64,000 nt of DNA. Origin: an archaeon (lineage in GTDB: Archaea; B1Sed10-29; WALL01). Shown here piece by piece: positions 57,863 to 64,000 of the stretch (the first letter of the stretch is position 1; each line of letters opens with the position of its first letter). The position numbers and the translations under genes are program-made. The stretch lies in the NCBI GenBank assembly GCA_042584585.1, contig JBHOSQ010000003.1, positions 39,644 through 103,643 on the forward strand, written 5' to 3'. The notes beneath the pieces were generated by a model, which was given only the letters and a program-made list of their open reading frames with translations, made no database searches and was not told the DNA's origin.

Positions 57863-59099
57863 GCACCTCTAAAACATTCAATTCAACGCATTTGCAAGGC
57901 CCAAGGAACTCACTGAACGCCGGCTTCGTCCTCTCCGAATCGCCGCTGATCAGCTCCTTGATATAGGTCCCGGCCTCGGCGGTTATGACCGCGCGGAGCC
58001 TGTTTTGTCCAACGCGCTCCAGTGAGGTCTTGTGGACCACTCGCTTGCGGACCAGGTCCGCCCTGCGGTGGGCCACCCTCTCAGGCGTGCGCTGCTCTAG
58101 TTCTTTTTCCTGGAACACCTTGATTAACTTTTCTATTGCCTCGTCGCTTGGCTCGGACTCGCACTCGATAATTGCCTCGTAGGTCTTGTCGTGCCTCACC
58201 GTTTTGATGTGGCGGACCTCTTCCTTTGAAGACACGCGCAGGCCACGGGCCTCGACCTTGCCATCTGCGGACTTGTTGACCTTTGGCTCAAGCCCCCCCC
58301 AGTCCACAAACCGCTTGACCGGCTCCTGGAGCTCCAGGACAAACGGCCTCCAGCCGAGCATCTTTGCGTCAATGTCTTCCCTCCCCGCGCCGTGGAATTT
58401 TTCGTCTTTGGCGCCCGTCTCTTCGAGTAGGAGCTTGGCGATTAGCTCTTCCACGCTTTCCTCGTACATCTTGCCTGTGAAGCTGCATTGCTTGCAGCCC
58501 CGGCCACGGCACTTCCTGCAGAACCACTTTGTCTGAGGGATGCCTCTGACGAGCTTGCGGTACTCGCCGTAGACGAAGAGGGGATGTACCTGTAGCGAGA
58601 CTTTTCCGGTCGTGAAGTCGGCGAGCACGGTAACGTCTGGGTTGGAAAAGTCCGCTTCCTTGCCCGTCGTTTTTTCTAGCGCGATGCCGATTTGCCGGAC
58701 GGCGTTTTTCTTTAATGGCTCGCAGTGCATTACACCGATTTCTTCCCAAAGCGATTCTTCCTTGCCCATCAATTCTTTTTTTATTCTGCAGCCGACGAGA
58801 AAGGTGTTGAATTCCCGGGCCTTCAGCAGCTCGGCTGCTTTCTCGGTCATTGAGCCAATCTCAAGGAAAAGGCCGGCACAAAGCGGGCAGTCCTTTTTCA
58901 GGACTGTTTTGCCTGGGGTGGCTTGGTGTGCCTCGGCAAGTGATTCTGATTCCCTAACGCGGGCGCCAATCGTGCCGTTGCCCATGCCCTCGAACAAGCG
59001 ATGGAACTGCCGGCCAATGCAGCAGTCGCAGGCGCCGATGGAAAGCAAATGGTTGCGGGCGGAAGAATAGTCGAAGTCCAGCTTAAATCCCCCCACCAA
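57849..59099 (-). CDS. pus10: tRNA pseudouridine synthase Pus10
   Basis: N-terminal zinc motifs CDCCIGRQF and CPLCAGLF. A THUMP-like middle region. Catalytic region GAGREDIDAKMLGWRPFVLEL. Confidence 0.85.
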   Translation of the reverse strand: MVGGFKLDFDYSSARNHLLSIGACDCCIGRQFHRLFEGMGNGTIGARVRESESLAEAHQATPGKTVLKKDCPLCAGLFLEIGSMTEKAAELLKAREFNTFLVGCRIKKELMGKEESLWEEIGVMHCEPLKKNAVRQIGIALEKTTGKEADFSNPDVTVLADFTTGKVSLQVHPLFVYGEYRKLVRGIPQTKWFCRKCRGRGCKQCSFTGKMYEESVEELIAKLLLEETGAKDEKFHGAGREDIDAKMLGWRPFVLELQEPVKRFVDWGGLEPKVNKSADGKVEARGLRVSSKEEVRHIKTVRHDKTYEAIIECESEPSDEAIEKLIKVFQEKELEQRTPERVAHRRADLVRKRVVHKTSLERVGQNRLRAVITAEAGTYIKELISGDSERTKPAFSEFLGPCKCVELNVLEVHDDV

Positions 59100-60408
59100 A
59101 TTTGCCCATCATCTTGGAAAGCCCCTTGGGAAGGCGCTTTCCCTTCTTGAACTTCTTGAACATTTTTTTGGTGGCGTTGAACTGCTTCAGCAACTCGCGG
59201 ACTTCTTTTTCTTCTCTGCCCGAGCCCTTTGCGATGCGGCGGATGCGTGAAGCGCTTATCACGTCCGGGTTCTCGAGCTCGTGGTTGGTCATTGAGTCCA
59301 TGATGAACTTGTAGGTCTTCATCTTTTCCTCGCTCTGCTCGACCACGTCGTCAGGCAGCTGTGCGCTCAATCCCAGCTGCTCGAAGACCTTTGAGAGCGA
59401 ACCCATCTTTTTCGTTGCCTCAAGCTGCTTGTAGAACTTCTTGAGCGTGAACTCGCCCTTCATCAGCTCTTCGGGAGAAATGTCTTCCTCTTCCACAACC
59501 TCCTGTACTTTCTCCATCAGTGCGCCGATGTCAGGATAGCCAAGAAGGCGGGACAGGTAAGTGTTCGGGTCGTAGGCCTCGAAGTCCTCGGGCTTTTCCC
59601 CCGTGCCAATGAACGTTATTGGGACTCCAGCTTCAGCGCACGCGGAAAGGGCTCCGCCGCCTTTTGCCGACGAGTCCATGCGCGTCACGATTACGCCCGT
59701 GAGGCCGATGGCGTCATTGAATTCCTTTGCCTGCTTGCCTGCGGTCTGGCCCATGTCCGCGCCGAGCACAAGGAATTTCTGGTCTGGCTTGAGGAGTGCA
59801 GATAGCTCCTTGACCTCGTCAATTAGCTCTTTGGTGAGCGAGTCACGGCCGGCGGAGTCGACTATGAGGAAGTCCTGGTCTTTTACTTGCTTGAGGCCCT
59901 CGCGCAGGATTTTTACCGCGTCTTTCTCTCCCTTGATGCCAAACATCGGGGTGTTTACCTTTGCTGCGAGCTGCTCGACCTGCTCGTAGGCCGCTGGCCG
60001 CCAGGTGTCGGTGGTTATGATGAATGGCTTGAGCCCCCGCTTCGAGAAGTACTTGGAAAGCTTTGCCGTGGTCGTGGTCTTGCCGTGGCCGTATGTGCCG
60101 ACTAGGAGGACCCTCTGGGGCTTCACTTCTGGCGGGGAAGGTTCGCCCATGAGCGCGACCAATTCGTCGTAGACCATGCTGATGAACTGCTCTTTTTGGG
60201 ACAGGCCGGTCGCCAATTCTTTTTCTTTCATGCTGGACTCTAGGCGCTTGGACAAATCAAACACCAGCTTTACGTTGACGTCCGAAGAAATGAGGGTTCG
60301 CTGAAGCTCCTTGATGCTGGACTTGAGCAGGGCCTCGTCAACCACTGCCGCACCCGAGATTTTCTTGATGACCCCCCTTAACCCGGAAGCCAACTTGGAT
60401 ACTACCAT
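59083..60408 (-). CDS. srp54: Signal recognition particle protein SRP54
   Basis: GTYGHGKTTT, DTWRPAA, DSAGR, TRMD, and a Met-rich M domain. Confidence 0.95.
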   Translation of the reverse strand: MVVSKLASGLRGVIKKISGAAVVDEALLKSSIKELQRTLISSDVNVKLVFDLSKRLESSMKEKELATGLSQKEQFISMVYDELVALMGEPSPPEVKPQRVLLVGTYGHGKTTTTAKLSKYFSKRGLKPFIITTDTWRPAAYEQVEQLAAKVNTPMFGIKGEKDAVKILREGLKQVKDQDFLIVDSAGRDSLTKELIDEVKELSALLKPDQKFLVLGADMGQTAGKQAKEFNDAIGLTGVIVTRMDSSAKGGGALSACAEAGVPITFIGTGEKPEDFEAYDPNTYLSRLLGYPDIGALMEKVQEVVEEEDISPEELMKGEFTLKKFYKQLEATKKMGSLSKVFEQLGLSAQLPDDVVEQSEEKMKTYKFIMDSMTNHELENPDVISASRIRRIAKGSGREEKEVRELLKQFNATKKMFKKFKKGKRLPKGLSKMMGKFGGGI

Positions 60409-60442
60409 TGCATAACCTTTTCTGCGGCTTTGTTTTTATGGG

Positions 60443-61681
60443 TTAGCCGAAGATCCTGTCCAACAGGTCGTCGGCACTGAATTTCACTAGGTCGTCGTAG
60501 GACTGCCCCACGCCGTAGTAAACAATGGGCACGCCCGTCACCCTGGCAATGCTTATCGCGCCACCGCCCTTGACGTCCATGTCCATCTTTGAAAGGATTA
60601 CTCCGTCGACACCGATTTCTGTCTTGAACTTCTCGACCCGCTCGACCAAGACATTCCCGGCCAGTGCCTCGTCGAGATAGACCAAGAGGTTGGGGTTTGC
60701 GACGCGCTTGATTTTCTTGAGTTCTTCCATCAAGTTCTTGTTTGTTTCTTGGCGGCCGGCGGTGTCAATCAAAACGCAGTCGACCCCCTTTGCCTTCGCG
60801 CTTTTGACGGTGTCGAACGCGACTGCCGCGGGGTCGGCGCCGTAAGTGTGCTTGACCATGTTTATTCCGAGCGCGTCCGCGTGGTACTGGAGCTGCTCGA
60901 TTGATGCGGCGCGGAAAGTGTCGGAGGCGGCGAACACAGAGGACAAGTTGTTTTTCTTGAGCATGTTGGCGACCTTGGCCACTGTTGTTGTTTTGCCGGC
61001 GCCGTTTGGCCCCAAAAACATTACCACGAAAGGCTTTTCAGCCTTCTTCACCTCTTCCACCAAGTCGAAGCCGGGAAGGACGATTATGTCCTTTATCGCG
61101 GCACGGACCTGGGCCTCTATTTGGGCCTGGATGTCCTTGCCGCTCGAGAGCTTTGCTGTTGTCAGGCGTTTCTTGAGCGAAGAGATTATTTCGTCCGCGA
61201 CAGGCTGTGCGACGTCTGCCTCGAGCAGCGCGAGCTCGAACTCCCACATGAACTCGTCGACTTCTTTTTCTGAAAGGGATACTTCTTGGACCACTGCGCG
61301 CTTGAGCCGGGTCATGAGGCCGAGCTTTGGCTTCTTTTCTGGCTCGGCGGCAGGTTTTTCTTCAATGATTGGTTCCGGCTCTTCTTCAATGATTGGCTCT
61401 GGCTCAGCAATTGGTGTTGGCTCGGGCTCAGCAACTGGCTCGGGCTCAGCAACTTGGGGTTCAGGAGTAGGGGCCGCTTGTGGCGTCACCGGTTCCGGTG
61501 ATGCCACGACTTTAGTGATTGCTTTAGACTTCTTTGGCTTGCGCTCTTCCTTATTTGCTTTGGGCTTCGGCTCTGCCGGAGCCTCTGGCTGGGTGGGACT
61601 TTCTTCCTCGATTTTTTCTTTTGCCTTTTCTGTTATCTTCGAGGCGAAGTCGTCAATTTTTTTCTTGAGGAAGCCAAACAT
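60443..61681 (-). CDS. ftsY: SRP receptor FtsY with about 110-aa P/E-rich N-terminal region
   Basis: MFGFLKKKI N-terminus; GPNGAGKTTT, DTFRAA, DTAGR, SKMD. The N-terminal region contains AEPEPVAEPEPTPIAEPEPIIEEEPEPIIEE. Confidence 0.95.
   Translation of the reverse strand: MFGFLKKKIDDFASKITEKAKEKIEEESPTQPEAPAEPKPKANKEERKPKKSKAITKVVASPEPVTPQAAPTPEPQVAEPEPVAEPEPTPIAEPEPIIEEEPEPIIEEKPAAEPEKKPKLGLMTRLKRAVVQEVSLSEKEVDEFMWEFELALLEADVAQPVADEIISSLKKRLTTAKLSSGKDIQAQIEAQVRAAIKDIIVLPGFDLVEEVKKAEKPFVVMFLGPNGAGKTTTVAKVANMLKKNNLSSVFAASDTFRAASIEQLQYHADALGINMVKHTYGADPAAVAFDTVKSAKAKGVDCVLIDTAGRQETNKNLMEELKKIKRVANPNLLVYLDEALAGNVLVERVEKFKTEIGVDGVILSKMDMDVKGGGAISIARVTGVPIVYYGVGQSYDDLVKFSADDLLDRIFG
61358..61454. 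repeat. Short in-frame tandem repeats inside ftsY (24 nt x2 with 2 mismatches; 18 nt x2 perfect)
   Basis: ttcttcaatgattggttccggctc / ttcttcaatgattggctctggctc at 61358-61405. ggctcgggctcagcaact x2 at 61419-61454. Confidence 0.85.
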
Positions 61682-61682
61682 G

Positions 61683-62108
61683 TTAACCGCTAATCACGGG
61701 CACGTCAGGCTGCTGTGCCTGCTGCGCTTCCATGAGCTTTTTCTTTATCTCATTGGACTCGGTGTTAATCACTCTTCCCAACGCCTGGAGTCGCTCAATG
61801 TCTTTCTGGAGAAGCTCTTCGCGCTTCTTAAGCATTTCGACCGCTTCCATGCGGGTCTTGTCGACCACGACACCGGCACCCACGTCGACCTTGATGGTCG
61901 TCGCGTTGGCCTTGATGGGCAGGAACACGCCGCCGATTGGCGCCAGGCCCTCCGTCTCAGCGTCGGGCATCTGATCCAGGGTTATTCGGGTCGCACCAAG
62001 CGCCTCAAGCGTCTGTACGACTGTGCGAATCTGGTTGTTCAGCTGGTTTACCTGTGCCTCGTTCGATCGTATTTTGGCAATTGCCTGTTCTGCAGTAACT
62101 TCTACCAT
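61683..62108 (-). CDS. pfdA: Prefoldin alpha subunit
   Basis: I chose ATG at 62108, preceded by GAGGTG with a 7-nt spacer. Coiled coil, then beta hairpins (LAPIGGVFLPIKA...VDVGAGVVV), then coiled coil. The track start GTG 62123 is in frame. Confidence 0.8.
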   Translation of the reverse strand: MVEVTAEQAIAKIRSNEAQVNQLNNQIRTVVQTLEALGATRITLDQMPDAETEGLAPIGGVFLPIKANATTIKVDVGAGVVVDKTRMEAVEMLKKREELLQKDIERLQALGRVINTESNEIKKKLMEAQQAQQPDVPVISG

Positions 62109-62109
62109 G

Positions 62110-62340
62110 TTATTCCACCTCACTAAGCTGCTTCACGAGAAGGGACTTTGTGTCTTCCGAAGGGATCTCCTCGACAGAATTGATTATGATTTGAGGGCGC
62201 TTGCACTTGTGCTTGGAGCCAACTTCAGTATACACCGTTTCTTTCGCGTCCTCTGGCTTCGTCGCCCGGACGTCAATTGTGAAACCCTGCTTCTCGCCTT
62301 TCTGGCCAAAAATCCCGTTTATCCTGTAAACTTTTACCAT
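62110..62340 (-). CDS. rplX: Ribosomal protein LX (L18Ae family)
   Basis: I chose ATG at 62340, preceded by GGTGA, giving MVKVYRINGIFGQKGEKQGFTIDVRA. The track start at 62349 is in frame. Supported by conserved archaeal synteny with eif6 and pfdA. Confidence 0.8.
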   Translation of the reverse strand: MVKVYRINGIFGQKGEKQGFTIDVRATKPEDAKETVYTEVGSKHKCKRPQIIINSVEEIPSEDTKSLLVKQLSEVE

Positions 62341-62349
62341 ACTTGTCAC

Positions 62350-63012
62350 CTACTTTTTGAAGAACAATGCGTCGTCGACCCGCCCCATTTCAAACGGCGT
62401 GCTGGTCGAACCGACTATCGCGCCGTTCGAGTTTGCGATTATGCTTCCCTTGACAAACTGGTTGCCGTAGTTGAGGGAACCGACTTCTCCCTCGACACCG
62501 AATACTTCCGAAAGCGTTTCAATGTCCTCTTTTGACGAGTTCGGGTTCACGAGGAATCCCTTGTTCGTCGCAACGACACACGACCCGGTCGTCTCGAGGC
62601 CCGCGAGTGGTATTGATTTCGGCTTCACGCCGAACGACTTGGTGATTTGCTTTTTGTCGTCAGCGCCCAGCAGCGGGCTGACCGCGGCGCCATTGTCGTT
62701 CACCGTCATCATGTTCCCGACCGCCGTGAACGTCTGCAGGACCACTGTTTCGAGGTAGCTCGCGAGAGCCTCTTTCTCTTCCTTGTACACGATTCGTGGC
62801 AGCGCGATGCACTTCGAGTTCGCCGCTGTCATCACCCCGATGAGGGGGGAGCTCGCCACCGACACCTTGACTGCTTCGGTCTTGAGCACGTCTTCCACGA
62901 GGGTGATGAATTCTTCGCCAGTGTTCTGTGGGAGAAATGTAATCTTGTCGTTCGTCGCCGCAAACACGCCTATGAAGGCGGTTCCCAGCAAGTCGCTTTG
63001 CTCGATGTACAT
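62350..63012 (-). CDS. eif6: Translation initiation factor 6 (aIF6)
   Basis: I chose ATG at 63012, giving MYIEQSDLLGTAFIGVFAATNDKITFLP. Repeated pentein-like GS.(V/I)G motifs. Confidence 0.9.
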   Translation of the reverse strand: MYIEQSDLLGTAFIGVFAATNDKITFLPQNTGEEFITLVEDVLKTEAVKVSVASSPLIGVMTAANSKCIALPRIVYKEEKEALASYLETVVLQTFTAVGNMMTVNDNGAAVSPLLGADDKKQITKSFGVKPKSIPLAGLETTGSCVVATNKGFLVNPNSSKEDIETLSEVFGVEGEVGSLNYGNQFVKGSIIANSNGAIVGSTSTPFEMGRVDDALFFKK

Positions 63013-63023
63013 TCTGACCCCAC

Positions 63024-63413
63024 CTAAGCAATCACTGCTGTTGCCTTGTTTTCCTCTTCCTGGATTTTGACACGGATTTTGCGCGGGGGCTTCTGGATGC
63101 CTTTTGCCCACAGCGCCTCGTTTACCGACGGGTCGACGACCGCTTCTTTCCGCGTGTGCTTCTTGACGTAGTCCTTCACTTCCCTCGCGGCGTACTTGAC
63201 ACGGGACGTCCGTGGGTGCTCAAACGCCTTGCGCAGGTTAATGGTGTGGACTGACTCCTTGATTATTTTCTTTTCCTCTTTTTCTTCATCCTGGTCCCCT
63301 TTGGGCTCGCCTTTCTTCGGCTCTTCTTTCTTCTTGGGCTCCTTTGCCGGGGGCTTCTCGGTCTCTTCTTTTTTTGCGGGAGCCGCTTCTTTTTCTTCTT
63401 TCTTTTCAGCCAT
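63024..63413 (-). CDS. rpl31e: Ribosomal protein L31e with about 45-aa K/E-rich N-terminal extension
   Basis: HTINLRKAFEHPRTSRVKYAAREVKDYVKKH...DPSVNEALWAKGIQKPPRKIRVKI. Confidence 0.9.
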   Translation of the reverse strand: MAEKKEEKEAAPAKKEETEKPPAKEPKKKEEPKKGEPKGDQDEEKEEKKIIKESVHTINLRKAFEHPRTSRVKYAAREVKDYVKKHTRKEAVVDPSVNEALWAKGIQKPPRKIRVKIQEEENKATAVIA

Positions 63414-63418
63414 TGCAA

Positions 63419-63601
63419 TCAGTCCTTAACTCCCTTTGCCCTGAGCGTCTTTGCCAATGAGTTGCGCCTCCAGTGCCTCTGCTTTGGATTGACAGAGACC
63501 GCGCGGTTAGTCTTAAGCATGACCCATAGCGGGACTCGCTTGTTGCTCTTCCCCGCCTTCGCCAGAACTGCCTTGGTTTTTGTGTCCTTCCTGCTCGTCA
63601 T
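63419..63601 (-). CDS. rpl39e: Ribosomal protein L39e
   Basis: [26 protein letters not shown]...RHWRR. Confidence 0.9.
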   Translation of the reverse strand: MTSRKDTKTKAVLAKAGKSNKRVPLWVMLKTNRAVSVNPKQRHWRRNSLAKTLRAKGVKD

Positions 63602-63607
63602 GGTACT

Positions 63608-63925
63608 TCACTTCCTCTTAATTGTTATCTTGTGTTTTTTTCCGCTGATTTTTTGGAGGACTTGCTTCAAAGTAGTGTCATCGATTTTTGAGACCTGCCC
63701 CGACTGCGCGAGGTAAACCACGAGCTTCTCGACTTGCTCGCCCAGCGTTGGGTTGCCGAGCTTGAGTGTCGTGAGCCGCGATTTGGCTTCCGGGGTCAAT
63801 ATGCTTTTGAGCACGCTGTCCTTTTGGAGCTCGTGCACCTGCTGAGCCTCCTGCTCCACCTGCCTGTCGGCAAGCTGGGCCTGTAACTCAGCAGCACGCT
63901 TTTGTCTCAAAGCCTCGATATCCAT
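63608..63925 (-). CDS. PDCD5/TFAR19-like dsDNA-binding protein
   Basis: ILTPEAKSRLTTLKLGNPTLGEQVEKLVVYLAQSGQVSKIDDTTLKQVL. Supported by conserved archaeal synteny with rpl39e and rpl31e. Confidence 0.8.
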   Translation of the reverse strand: MDIEALRQKRAAELQAQLADRQVEQEAQQVHELQKDSVLKSILTPEAKSRLTTLKLGNPTLGEQVEKLVVYLAQSGQVSKIDDTTLKQVLQKISGKKHKITIKRK

Positions 63926-64000
63926 CTACTTTGTTTCCTCCTTCCCAATCTCGGGCTCTGCCTGGACCTCCGGCTCTGCCTCGGGCTTTTTCTTGGCCTT
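63926..64000 (-). CDS. 3' end of an upstream CDS (partial); by conserved synteny possibly rps19e, not verifiable here
   Basis: The minus-strand frame reads ...KAKKKPEAEPEVQAEPEIGKEETK*, with its stop at 63926-63928. Only 24 codons are visible. Confidence 0.3.
   Translation of the reverse strand, partial: KAKKKPEAEPEVQAEPEIGKEETK

Noticed and set aside
60846-62126. 426-aa plus-strand ORF
   Set aside because: It is antisense to ftsY and pfdA. It is S/G/A-rich low complexity mirroring the P/E repeats.

Overview
This is a gene-dense, GC-rich archaeal chromosomal fragment. Archaeal markers present are RadA, RPA, GGGP synthase, the A-type ATPase operon atpHIKECFABD, Pus10, and the conserved block pfdA-rplX-eif6-rpl31e-rpl39e plus a PDCD5-like gene. 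Lineage cannot be assigned from the sequence alone. No rRNA, tRNA, CRISPR array, transposase or integrase was found.

The window has four blocks:
1. 1-16.2 kb: a type IV pilus-like locus. It encodes six proteins with class III (prepilin-like) signal peptides, including a 1213-aa LamG adhesin-like giant and a small candidate major pilin. It also encodes a FlaI/PilB-family ATPase and two single-domain platform genes. Four single-domain KaiC/RecA-like ATPases and a V4R-domain protein flank it. This is the best candidate for an undescribed system.
2. 16.3-31 kb: housekeeping and accessory genes. These are a DASS transporter, an aminotransferase/ALDH pair, an MBL hydrolase, rpa-radA, lemA-htpX, dut, an epimerase, GGGPS and an MgtC-like protein.
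3. 31-48.1 kb: a 15-gene folate-dependent purine cluster (purA, purN, folD, purF, D, E, B, M, a PurS-PurS-PurL fusion, purQ, purC, split guaA, frameshifted guaB, purH).
4. 48.2-64 kb: the A-ATPase operon (with a duplicated c subunit), a prepilin peptidase, pus10, srp54, ftsY and ribosomal genes.

Many long antisense ORFs in the track are GC-driven shadows. All calls rest on motif recognition by eye; no database search was run.
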